Positions 38,930-47,599 of a stretch of 64,000 nt of DNA are shown here, piece by piece. This DNA is from Escherichia phage fKMPT1. Location of the stretch: the sequence record PP620640; one strand, written 5' to 3'. The number at the start of each line of letters is the position of its first letter. Position 1 is the stretch's first letter. Made by a program: the position numbers and the translations under genes. Below the pieces are notes generated by a model, which saw only the letters and a list, made by a program, of their open reading frames with translations, had not been told where the DNA came from and made no database searches.

Positions 38930-39277
38930 ATGACATTTAAAGAGTTTTGTCAAGCTACTTTCATAATTGTTTTCTTAGTTGGGGCAGGTGTCTGGGGAGG
39001 ATACTCTTACAGAGACTACCAAGTTGCTGAAGCTGAGCTAAATAATGAGAAACTAATAAGTGTCGCTAAAGATGCTTATCAGGAAGGTTTAGTCACACTC
39101 AGCACCAATTACAAAAATGATTTGAAAGACGTGCTTGCTAAGAATAAGCATACAAAAGAGGTACTAACATATGAAAAAACTAAGCCAGAGTTTTATAATG
39201 TTTGTGTTACTGATAATTATGTCAGGGTGTTCAACGAACAAAGTGAACAGTACATTCAAAAACTCCCAAGTAAGTGA
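38930..39277 (+). CDS. i-spanin-like protein (N-terminal TM, periplasmic coiled-coil)
   Basis: TM segment FIIVFLVGAGVWGG then charged helical region; overlapped by lipoprotein ORF. Confidence 0.45.
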   Translation: MTFKEFCQATFIIVFLVGAGVWGGYSYRDYQVAEAELNNEKLISVAKDAYQEGLVTLSTNYKNDLKDVLAKNKHTKEVLTYEKTKPEFYNVCVTDNYVRVFNEQSEQYIQKLPSK

Positions 39278-39440
39278 GAGTGACAAGTACACTCAAGAAG
39301 AATCAAGATTCACTGTCAAAGGCAACACTGGTAGTGATGTGGCAGCAGCCCTTGAGTTTTATCGTGATGGTTTTTACCAGTGCACAATCAAAGCTAATAA
39401 CCTTATTGATATGATTTTATTAGGAAACAAACAGCAATGA
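39171..39440 (+). CDS. o-spanin-like lipoprotein
   Basis: lipoprotein signal with lipobox IMSGC; starts inside 38930-39277 in another frame. Confidence 0.45.
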   Translation: MKKLSQSFIMFVLLIIMSGCSTNKVNSTFKNSQVSESDKYTQEESRFTVKGNTGSDVAAALEFYRDGFYQCTIKANNLIDMILLGNKQQ

Positions 39441-39706
39441 CAGAGAATGAAGACACTTTCTATGTAGAAGGGTACTTACTACTACCACGACCAAAAGAAA
39501 CTTATATACGGGTTGATTTCTCACCAACCATTATGGATAACGTGATGTGTCATATCTTTATGCAAGGTGTCACAGCACAACTTAAGCATGTTGGTAAAGA
39601 GTGCAAAATAAAGGTTGACACTCATCCAGAAATCAAAGAGAATCACTACACATGGTTCTTGCCAGACTCTAAAGAAATCTTAGCAGTTCTTAAAACGAGG
39701 AAATGA
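39437..39706 (+). CDS. hypothetical protein
   Basis: 89-aa ORF. Confidence 0.5.
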   Translation: MTENEDTFYVEGYLLLPRPKETYIRVDFSPTIMDNVMCHIFMQGVTAQLKHVGKECKIKVDTHPEIKENHYTWFLPDSKEILAVLKTRK

Positions 39707-40017
39707 TTATGCAATTCCAGCCAACAAATCGTGGATTTTCTTATGCAGAATTTAAAGATGCTAAAGGAGAGATTTGTACTTTACAAGAAAGTTCATCATA
39801 TGAACCATGTATCTGGTTAGGTGCTAAAGAGGTCTCTGTTCAGTACCTAGATGGTGGCTGGAAAACACTTGATATCCAAGCGTTAGTAGGCAAAGATTTT
39901 GTAGGTAACCAAAGAATGAAACTCAACCAAGAACAGGTGAAAGAGTTATTGCCATACCTTCAGTACTTTGCTGAAAATGGTGAATTACCAACAGAGGAAC
40001 TTACAAATGCAGATTAA
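39703..40017 (+). CDS. hypothetical protein
   Basis: 104-aa ORF. Confidence 0.5.
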   Translation: MIMQFQPTNRGFSYAEFKDAKGEICTLQESSSYEPCIWLGAKEVSVQYLDGGWKTLDIQALVGKDFVGNQRMKLNQEQVKELLPYLQYFAENGELPTEELTNAD

Positions 40018-40333
40018 TGGAAGAGACTTTGTAGCCGTTTACTACGAGAAAGATAAAGAAGTTGGCGTAGCACAAGTATCTTATGGTAATGGTAAGTGGT
40101 TATATGGCACAATCGCAGTAGTAGGAACAAGAAGTGATACAAAAACTTTTAAAGACTGTGTTGACCTTCTTGAAGAATCCATCCACAATCATTGGTGTCT
40201 GATATGGATGACTGACAACGAAGTGATAGAACGCTTCAAAAAGATTGGTATCAACATTGATAGCATTGAGCATGTTGACTTGTATGAGCTAACTGAGAAG
40301 GTAAATTATGAAAGTAATACTAGCCAGAGATAA
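39968..40333 (+). CDS. hypothetical protein
   Basis: 121-aa ORF. Confidence 0.5.
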   Translation: MLKMVNYQQRNLQMQINGRDFVAVYYEKDKEVGVAQVSYGNGKWLYGTIAVVGTRSDTKTFKDCVDLLEESIHNHWCLIWMTDNEVIERFKKIGINIDSIEHVDLYELTEKVNYESNTSQR

Positions 40334-40527
40334 AAAGACACGGAAAATTATCCGGTCAGCAGTATTCATTGGAAGAAATAAAGTGATTCCATTTACAGCA
40401 AATGATGTAATAGCCTACAGGGAAAAATTAGCATTTAGTTATTGCTTGCGTGGCTTCATCTCACAACCATTGGAAGACTTCAAAAGTCGTTGTGGCAAAG
40501 GTATCATCATTCAAGAGGCAATTATTC

Positions 40528-40728
40528 ATGGCTGACTTCTGCAAAGATTGTGCTATCGAAATGTTCGGGCGGGATACAGGAGACTTAAAAGGTCTTATCA
40601 CTGAAGATGACTTTAAAGCTGGCTATGCAATGCCAGTAATCTGTGAAGGCTGTGGATGTATCTGGGTAGACCACGAAGGACAACGTGTAAAACCTTCAGA
40701 AGATAAAGAATCTTGGGAGAGATGTTAA
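40528..40728 (+). CDS. small zinc-ribbon protein
   Basis: MADFCKDCAIE...CEGCGC; start after AAGAGG. Confidence 0.45.
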   Translation: MADFCKDCAIEMFGRDTGDLKGLITEDDFKAGYAMPVICEGCGCIWVDHEGQRVKPSEDKESWERC

Positions 40729-41514
40729 ATGGGTATTGTAAAAATCATCAATGGTGATATCTTTGCAGCATTTGATAAAGGTAAGTTTGACATCATCGGT
40801 CACGGTTGCAACTGTATGAACTTAATGGGTGCAGGTATCGCTGACAAGATTTCTAAACTTTACCCAAAAGCATATGAGACCGATACAGAAGTTTATCTGT
40901 ATGCAGGTGGTATAGGTCACAAACCCTGTGAAAATTTACTAGGCAATTTCTCTGTAGCACGTTTAGAACAAGGCCGTATAGCTAACCTTTACACTCAGCT
41001 TAAGACTGGTAAAGATGCCCGATACAGTGCTTTAGAGTCATCTTTGAAACAGCTTAACAGATACTGTGAAGTTAACCAGTTGAAGAAAGTTGGTTTACCT
41101 ATGATTGGTGCAGGTATCGGTGGACTGGACCCTCAAGCCGTTACCGTTATCATTAATCAGGTGATGAAGAGTGTAGATGTGTATCTGTATGTCTACGAAG
41201 GGGAGATGTACCACGAGTTACGCTCAGGTTGGAAGAACTACTGTGAACCAGAATACTTTGCAGGTGTAGTAACGTTCACTGATGATGCAGTTACCCTCTT
41301 CAGACGAAGAAAAGGTAAGATACATCAAAGTAACCCTCCGGTTGAAAAGATGTCTCTAAGTAACGCTCTAGTTACCCACCTGTCGAAGAGCAATCACAGA
41401 ATTGCCGTGACATTTGGTAGCGATGCAGATACATATATCTATGCAAGAACTGATGAGGATGTTGAGGAAATTTTCTCTTCACCAGAAGTTACCTTCTTAG
41501 ACGCAAAGAACTAA
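40729..41514 (+). CDS. macro-domain (ADP-ribose binding/hydrolase) protein
   Basis: N-terminal IINGDIF...DIIGHGCNCMNLMGAGIADKI resembles macro-domain Gly-rich ADP-ribose pocket. Confidence 0.6.
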   Translation: MGIVKIINGDIFAAFDKGKFDIIGHGCNCMNLMGAGIADKISKLYPKAYETDTEVYLYAGGIGHKPCENLLGNFSVARLEQGRIANLYTQLKTGKDARYSALESSLKQLNRYCEVNQLKKVGLPMIGAGIGGLDPQAVTVIINQVMKSVDVYLYVYEGEMYHELRSGWKNYCEPEYFAGVVTFTDDAVTLFRRRKGKIHQSNPPVEKMSLSNALVTHLSKSNHRIAVTFGSDADTYIYARTDEDVEEIFSSPEVTFLDAKN

Positions 41515-41544
41515 GAAACTCTGTATAATATTCACAATAGACTA

Positions 41545-41590
41545 AGCCTTCCTTATCTGGTAAATTTTTTAGGTAAGGAGGGCTTTTTCA
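41545..41590 (+). terminator. rho-independent terminator
   Basis: ccttcctta...taaggaggg hairpin + TTTTT. Confidence 0.55.
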
Positions 41591-41768
41591 TTTTAGAATT
41601 GTGCAGGTAGAGTTCTGGACAGAAATCTGTAGAGAGAATTTTGAACTCCAAAGAGAAAATTCATTTTCAAACTGTGCAGGTAATCTCCAAAGAGCTTTTT
41701 CATTTTCAAAACGTGCAGAGAAAAATCAGGTCGGGCAAGAAAAATCATTTTCGAATTGTGCAGGTAGG
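41588..41768 (+). repeat. four direct repeats (iteron-like) cattttcNaaNtgtgcaggta
   Basis: copies at about 41588, 41659, 41700, 41745 with variable spacers; followed by AT-rich tract 41915-41945. Confidence 0.6.
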
Positions 41769-41945
41769 TGGGTGCAGGTGGGGATGTCGCCATTTCTCAC
41801 AAGGCTACCACATCTGAAAAGAAAAGTCAACAGAAAAATTTGTAGCGGATTGAAAAATAATTCTTGATTGTAGTTCTGTTTTGTGGTAGTCGCGTGCGCC
41901 CGTTTCATTACAGTTTTTTGAAAAAAAATATTTTTAAAATTTTTA

Positions 41946-41974
41946 TTGACTCCTCGAACGGGTTTTTATAGTAT
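41946..41974 (+). promoter_or_regulatory. sigma70-like promoter feeding the small-ORF array
   Basis: TTGACT - 17 nt - TAGTAT. Confidence 0.5.
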
Positions 41975-41980
41975 TTGCAT

Positions 41981-42035
41981 CAACGGGGAGGGAATGAACT
42001 TCCCACTAACTAACCTTAAACTAGGAGATTCTAAA
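41981..42035 (+). repeat. type-B conserved leader (hairpin + Shine-Dalgarno); copies also at 44043, 44906, 46128, 46696, 47291
   Basis: caacGGGGAGGgaatgaCCTTCCCCactaagtaaaacccttaaactaggagattcaaaaATG repeated 6 times. Confidence 0.8.
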
Positions 42036-42242
42036 ATGATTTACAGCCGTGAATTGATGGTCACAACTAACGTTAACACAAAGGTAAAACGTTTTTATAT
42101 GCAAGTATGCGGCGCATGGCGTAGAATATCAGAATCTGATTATTGCAACTATGTAGAAACGGCTATTAATTCTAATTGCTATCTTACAAAGAATACAAAG
42201 CGACATATAAAACAGACAGCGGTTTACTATTACGATATATAA
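42036..42242 (+). CDS. cassette small protein 1
   Basis: 68 aa; ATG after conserved leader; track ORF 41946 is a spurious upstream extension. Confidence 0.55.
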   Translation: MIYSRELMVTTNVNTKVKRFYMQVCGAWRRISESDYCNYVETAINSNCYLTKNTKRHIKQTAVYYYDI

Positions 42243-42332
42243 AAAGTACTTTACAAGGGGCTTATAGTTCGATAAAGTAAGCCCCAGATAAAAAGCTTTA
42301 TCACATTAACCTTAAACTAGGAGATTCAAAAA
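42243..42332 (+). repeat. type-A conserved intergenic element (8-bp hairpin + Shine-Dalgarno); copies also at 42717, 43058, 44373, 45166
   Basis: tttacaaGGGGCTTAtagttcgataaagTAAGCCCCagataaagagctttac...aaactaggagattcaaaaATG repeated 5 times. Confidence 0.8.
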
Positions 42333-42716
42333 ATGGCTTATCGTGCACCTAAATTCATCAACAAAGACAACTTCCGCAACGCACTGGAAAAATCACTTGG
42401 TGAGAACTTTACAGGTCAGATTATTGTTGTTCACGCATATAATTTTAAGTATGATATTAACGGGAACAGAATCAACCATTACACGGCAACCATGTTAGAT
42501 GGTGCGCTTTCAAGTGAAAAAGCCGTACTGAATGCACTTGCTGGACGTGGCAAAAACCTGATAAAATGCGATAAGAGACGTTATCAAGGTGGCGCATATG
42601 GTTATGATGATGCTGTTTACCATCTTGAAAATATGGGCTATCAGGTGGAAAAAGCCGGAGTGTCTCAAATAATCGGCAGTGATGGTTATGTGACAATTTT
42701 CAAAATTAACGGATAA
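42333..42716 (+). CDS. cassette small protein 2
   Basis: 127-aa ORF behind type-A leader. Confidence 0.6.
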   Translation: MAYRAPKFINKDNFRNALEKSLGENFTGQIIVVHAYNFKYDINGNRINHYTATMLDGALSSEKAVLNALAGRGKNLIKCDKRRYQGGAYGYDDAVYHLENMGYQVEKAGVSQIIGSDGYVTIFKING

Positions 42717-42801
42717 AGTACTTTACAAGGGGCTTATAGTTCGATAAAGTAAGCCCCAGATAAAGAGCTTTACCACTCAATCCTAAATTGGAGATTCTAA
42801 A

Positions 42802-43059
42802 ATGGCTATTATCAAAAACGTTGTAATTACTGCAAAAACTCGCGATGACGCTCGCATCATGGCGAAAAAGTTAGGCGGGAAAGTTGTTGACAACGGAAAA
42901 CAATCTGCTGTAAGGTGGGGCGTGAAGGCTGATAAACAACTAACCTTAAAACGCAGTTCAAACAATCTTTTTAAAGGTGTAAAATCACTCGGTAAAGTGA
43001 ACGTGTTTACCAAAAAAGGCTATAAAATGCACTTATCATTAACTGGCAATTTAATCTGA
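42802..43059 (+). CDS. cassette small protein 3 (basic)
   Basis: 85-aa ORF behind type-A leader. Confidence 0.6.
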   Translation: MAIIKNVVITAKTRDDARIMAKKLGGKVVDNGKQSAVRWGVKADKQLTLKRSSNNLFKGVKSLGKVNVFTKKGYKMHLSLTGNLI

Positions 43060-43149
43060 TAAAGTACTTTACAGGGGGCTTAAAAGCTGATATCTTAAGC
43101 CCCAGATAAAGAGCTTTACTACATTAACCTTAAACTAGGAGATTCAAAA

Positions 43150-43662
43150 ATGAAAACTGTAGACGCTACCTTTGAAGTTGTAAAAGAAAAATTTTCCATC
43201 ATTTACGAAGCTGTTAACTGCTACGAAGCAAGCCATAGCCTTGATAATTGGGAATTTACAGATAATCATCAAGGCGGTGTGACTATTAAAAACCCCAACT
43301 ATCGTTATAATGCTTTTAAATATGCAATCCCTTTACATTACAGCCTTAAACAGCTTTCAAGCGACTATGCAAAACAAGGCCGGGAAAATCCATCAAAAGC
43401 GGCCTATATCAGCTTGCAGAGAGAACTAGAAAGGGATTTAGAAGCATCATCATATAATATTGCCGCAAAAGTTGTAGACGCAAACGGGAAAACGGTTTTA
43501 GATAGTTTTTCTGTTGGTTACGCTTTCGATTGGTGCTATAGCGACGGCGTCGATTTAGCGGATAGACTAAAAGAGGAAGTGAGCAATTCAGGTGCAGAAT
43601 CTGAAGTTATGGAACAATTGGAAGCCTTAAAAGATTCAGTGATGAATATCTTTAAAAATTAA
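43150..43662 (+). CDS. cassette protein 4
   Basis: 170-aa ORF behind type-A leader. Confidence 0.6.
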   Translation: MKTVDATFEVVKEKFSIIYEAVNCYEASHSLDNWEFTDNHQGGVTIKNPNYRYNAFKYAIPLHYSLKQLSSDYAKQGRENPSKAAYISLQRELERDLEASSYNIAAKVVDANGKTVLDSFSVGYAFDWCYSDGVDLADRLKEEVSNSGAESEVMEQLEALKDSVMNIFKN

Positions 43663-43678
43663 ATTAAGAGGAAACACC

Positions 43679-44011
43679 ATGTTAATGATGGGTATCACTG
43701 CAAGCATTGCCATTATAGCACTTTATAAGGCATATAAAGCCTATAATCTGGCAAGTAAGGCAATCACACAACAGGTCAATAATAGTCTTGTAATGAGCTT
43801 TCTGGAGCGTTTAAGTGATGAGCAATTGAAACGGTTAGAAATGAGCTTCAGATTTCAATCAAAAACTTATCAAATCAGCGACATTTTCAAAGAGGATTTT
43901 CAGCTTGTCGATGATTATAACTCACTGATAAATGCTTTAAATATCAGTGACTTAAAAGATTATTACACTGTAATTGTTCAAGAATTAAACAAACGAAAAA
44001 ATTTCTCTTGA
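43679..44011 (+). CDS. cassette protein 5 (N-terminal TM)
   Basis: 110 aa; own RBS AAGAGGAAA. Confidence 0.55.
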   Translation: MLMMGITASIAIIALYKAYKAYNLASKAITQQVNNSLVMSFLERLSDEQLKRLEMSFRFQSKTYQISDIFKEDFQLVDDYNSLINALNISDLKDYYTVIVQELNKRKNFS

Positions 44012-44098
44012 TTTTGGTTTTAAAAGCAAGTAAATTACTAATCAACGGGAGGGATGACCTCCCCACTAAGTAAAACCCTTAAACTAGGAGATTCTAAA

Positions 44099-44371
44099 AT
44101 GTATACTACTAACAACGGTCGCACCTTAAACGTAACCCTGCGCCACTATGTAAACGGGGTGATGCACTTCGAGGATTTACGGGCTGAACAGCACATTTTG
44201 GATTGGCAACTTGCAGGATTCCAAAAAACTGCTACCGGATACGGGAAAAAGATTCCAACTAGTTGGAAAGTATACTACGAAGGACGTTTGCGCAGAATTT
44301 ATCAGGATGTATATAGCAATAGCGCATCAACTTACATCATGGTAAAAGGTAAAAAATTACACTTAGTGTAA
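44099..44371 (+). CDS. cassette small protein 6
   Basis: 90 aa; ATG after type-B leader. Confidence 0.55.
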   Translation: MYTTNNGRTLNVTLRHYVNGVMHFEDLRAEQHILDWQLAGFQKTATGYGKKIPTSWKVYYEGRLRRIYQDVYSNSASTYIMVKGKKLHLV

Positions 44372-44456
44372 AGTACTTTACAGGGGGCTTATAGTTCGAT
44401 AAAGTAAGCCCCAGATAAAGAGCTTTACTACTCAATCCTAAATTGGAGATTCTAAA

Positions 44457-44861
44457 ATGGCTATTAATAACCGTGAATTATCAATCTTAAAAGCACGTTT
44501 GACCGTTAACCGGATTAATGTTATTACGTCATCAGCACCAGACGAGACACTGCACAACATTATTGGGAAGATTCAAAGTGTTGTCTTAGACGTTGAAAAC
44601 GTGAAAAACTCATTAACTGACGTTGCAGCAGGTATCACGCTAGACGGTGCACAATATGAAATGGCTGACATGTTGGGCAAATCTAAGGTAATGAATAGGG
44701 AGTTAGATTTGAAAATGTTTCGTTTTGCTGTTAAAGTGTGGCTATCTGTCGAATATGACGCAAATTTTGCAATCGCTGACTTTTTTGCAACATGGTTGCA
44801 ACGTAATTTAACAAATCACGATTTTCGTAGTATCTGTGATGCAATCTATGCAGAACTTTAA
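44457..44861 (+). CDS. cassette protein 7
   Basis: 134-aa ORF behind type-A leader. Confidence 0.6.
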   Translation: MAINNRELSILKARLTVNRINVITSSAPDETLHNIIGKIQSVVLDVENVKNSLTDVAAGITLDGAQYEMADMLGKSKVMNRELDLKMFRFAVKVWLSVEYDANFAIADFFATWLQRNLTNHDFRSICDAIYAEL

Positions 44862-44961
44862 AAAATTTTGTTGACACTGGTTTTTAAATAGATTAAATTA
44901 CACATCAACGGGAGGGATGACCTCCCCACTAAGTAAAACCCTTAAACTAGGAGATTCTAAA

Positions 44962-45165
44962 ATGGCTATTATCAACGGTTTAAACATTGAAACTACTCAC
45001 ATCAAAGATATCAAAGTTGGCGATATAGTCCTTTTTCACGGTGTAGAGAAAACTGTTACCGCAAAAGATATCAAAGAGAGTTCATTCATGGGCCGGACCC
45101 TCTTCGGTGATTCGTATTGCTTAGGTTACCGTGCAGTTTTAAAAGTTGTCAAAAATAACAGATAA
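44962..45165 (+). CDS. cassette small protein 8
   Basis: 67 aa; ATG after type-B leader. Confidence 0.55.
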   Translation: MAIINGLNIETTHIKDIKVGDIVLFHGVEKTVTAKDIKESSFMGRTLFGDSYCLGYRAVLKVVKNNR

Positions 45166-45252
45166 AGTGCTTTACAAGGGGCTTAAAAGCTGATATCTTA
45201 AGCCCCAGATAAAGAACTTTACCACTCAATCCTTAAACTAGGAGATTCAAAA

Positions 45253-45795
45253 ATGAAATGCTTTCACGGTACTACTCAAGAAAACTTTATCAACCTGATT
45301 AATAACGGCGATAAGCCATCAGGTGCATGGAATTGTTCGGATATGGATGGAAATTTTTACGTTTATCCAGAAAATAAAATCTATGGCGACGATGAGGAAG
45401 AGATAGCATCTGAAGGTATCCAGCAAGCGTTAGGCAATGCAGCTATCACCGCAGCTTTTCAGATGAAAACCCAAAATATTGTTATCTTAGAACTTGATAT
45501 CCCAGAAGATGAGTTAAATGATGATTATTCTTGTGATAATATGTCTGGCGTGGCAAGTTTTACAGAATATTTCGATTTAAACTGGATTAAAAAGGTTTAC
45601 ATCACTGAATTTAATGCTATGTTTTCACCATTTTGTCTGCCTTCACTGGATAACCCAAATTTAAATTATATTGATGAGTCTCTGGAACTTCTCGCTAAAA
45701 GTGTTCAACAGTCCGACAGTATTCAGGTTTTTTGTGACATCATGGACACACTAACAGGAAACATTATAGAAAGCGATTTAAAGGGCTTTTTATAA
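45253..45795 (+). CDS. cassette protein 9 (acidic)
   Basis: 180-aa ORF behind type-A leader; terminator follows. Confidence 0.6.
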   Translation: MKCFHGTTQENFINLINNGDKPSGAWNCSDMDGNFYVYPENKIYGDDEEEIASEGIQQALGNAAITAAFQMKTQNIVILELDIPEDELNDDYSCDNMSGVASFTEYFDLNWIKKVYITEFNAMFSPFCLPSLDNPNLNYIDESLELLAKSVQQSDSIQVFCDIMDTLTGNIIESDLKGFL

Positions 45796-45861
45796 TAACC
45801 TATACAATCACCTTATAAACACTGATTAGCCCCTTCTAGGGGCTTTTAAGGAGCTTTAATC

Positions 45862-46095
45862 ATGCTTACAACCGTTTATCTTATCCTTTCTATTTGTAAC
45901 GGTCATTCATGCGATTTTAAAGGGCTTGAGGAGTTTACAGGGAGTAAAGAAAATGCTATTCAAGTTTGCCAGATAGCAAGGCAAGACTACCCCGCCAGTG
46001 ATGATATACAATGTTATTTTAAGACAGAAGACAGCGACGGCGTTTATTTTGATAGCGTTGATGGTCAATATGAAATTATCATTGATAAAGATTAG
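45862..46095 (+). CDS. cassette small protein 10
   Basis: 77 aa, hydrophobic N-terminus. Confidence 0.5.
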   Translation: MLTTVYLILSICNGHSCDFKGLEEFTGSKENAIQVCQIARQDYPASDDIQCYFKTEDSDGVYFDSVDGQYEIIIDKD

Positions 46096-46188
46096 ACAAG
46101 CCGGATAAAAGCCTGTAAATTGTCAATCAACGGGGAGGGGATGACCTTCCCCCACTAAGTAAAACCCTTAAACTAGGAGATTCAAAAA

Positions 46189-46530
46189 ATGGCTTATGTA
46201 ACCGTCATTACTGATAAAGCTGGGTCATCTTGGTCAACTCAAGTAAGTGATAAGATGACACCTATGCAGTGCCTAAAATACTTTGAGCAATGGAATAAAG
46301 GCGAGGATGTAAGCCCCTTCCAAGTGATGCAGATTATCCATACAGACAACGAAGGGAATAAAACGACCTTGAACAGTGAATACTACGCAAGCCGTTTTGA
46401 AACGAGAAGTAAAACGATGAAACTATTACGTGAATCCGGTTATTCTCATATTGCTGCGCTAATCTGGGATGACTTGCTAAAAAATCAGCGTATCAGCTAC
46501 GTAAAACCTGAAAAAATATTCATCAGTTAA
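46189..46530 (+). CDS. cassette protein 11
   Basis: 113-aa ORF behind type-B leader. Confidence 0.6.
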   Translation: MAYVTVITDKAGSSWSTQVSDKMTPMQCLKYFEQWNKGEDVSPFQVMQIIHTDNEGNKTTLNSEYYASRFETRSKTMKLLRESGYSHIAALIWDDLLKNQRISYVKPEKIFIS

Positions 46531-46750
46531 TCAATAACTTACAAAAAACTTTCAAAAAAGTGTTGACAATACCCCTTGACATTGGTAATGTTGTTCGAGG
46601 GGGTTTATCTTAAAGGGATTCACTTAAAAGATTTCTTTAAAGATAAACTGAAAAAATTGCTTGCAAAGGCAAATCAAATCCAGTAAATTACTAATCAACG
46701 GGGGGATAACCTCCCCACTAAGTAAAGTCCTTAAACTAGGAGATTCAAAA

Positions 46751-47281
46751 ATGAACAAGTTCAAAGCCATCAATTACATCCGCTCAAATGCTGTAATGTC
46801 TAAGCCTGTAAAAGATACCTACGAATTTCGTTGTAATGGTGTACACTTTGCAACAATCACCAAATCAGAAAACGGGGCTTATTACGTCCATCGTCGTAAT
46901 GTTGCAACCGTTGTTGTCTCTCATTTTATGCAAGCTGTCGCGGAGCTTCTCCCGATGTTTTTAGGGCTTTACTTAGATGAGTGTAAAAACGTTCACAGTC
47001 ACGTTAAAAACCTTTTAAATAGTTATAAAATGGCTTACGAGCGTTCTCTCAAGTACTTAAACAAGTTTTATAAAGCCCCTGTAAACACTGTTTCAATGGC
47101 TTACACTGTAAGCGGTGAGCTGGTTAGTCTCTTCGAAGTGGAAGAAATCGAACTGCATGACTTACGCCCTGAAGGTTATTCTAAGACCATCGGCGAAGGT
47201 TTAACGTTCAATATCAAGAACCTAGAAAAAACTTTAAAAGATATCGAAAAAGATATTGACGAGACCATCAAAAATCTGTAA
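46751..47281 (+). CDS. cassette protein 12
   Basis: 176 aa; ATG after type-B leader. Confidence 0.55.
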   Translation: MNKFKAINYIRSNAVMSKPVKDTYEFRCNGVHFATITKSENGAYYVHRRNVATVVVSHFMQAVAELLPMFLGLYLDECKNVHSHVKNLLNSYKMAYERSLKYLNKFYKAPVNTVSMAYTVSGELVSLFEVEEIELHDLRPEGYSKTIGEGLTFNIKNLEKTLKDIEKDIDETIKNL

Positions 47282-47349
47282 ATTGTCAATCAACGGGGAG
47301 GGAATGACCTTCCCCACTAAGTAAAACCCTTAAACTAGGAGATTCAAAA

Positions 47350-47598
47350 ATGGCAACTATCCGCGCAACTGTTAACGAATTCGGCTTCTACTCTCTGGAC
47401 GTTAAATTTGACCTTGTAGGTACTGGTAACGCCTTTGAAATGGTGAAAGGCCTTATCAGTCAGACCATTAAAGACTATAACCCTTCTGATGAGTTCTGGG
47501 AGGAAACAAAACAGGAAGTTTTTACGCATGGACACACCTATCACTATTGGGGTGAAAAAATTGTCTCCCTGTACTATGATAAAGAAGGCACTAACTAA
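47350..47598 (+). CDS. cassette small protein 13
   Basis: 82-aa ORF behind type-B leader. Confidence 0.6.
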   Translation: MATIRATVNEFGFYSLDVKFDLVGTGNAFEMVKGLISQTIKDYNPSDEFWEETKQEVFTHGHTYHYWGEKIVSLYYDKEGTN

Positions 47599-47599
47599 T

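Noticed and set aside
41588-41768. Possible CRISPR array
   Set aside because: Only four degenerate repeats with very unequal spacers (about 48, 16, 24 nt) and no cas genes; iteron/operator-like instead.
41946-42242. Six-frame ORFs starting at 41946, 44054, 44917 and 46661 whose N-termini translate to ...PLSKTLKLGDSKM
   Set aside because: The shared peptide is the conserved hairpin + Shine-Dalgarno leader read in frame; true starts are the ATG right after aaactaggagattcaaaa.
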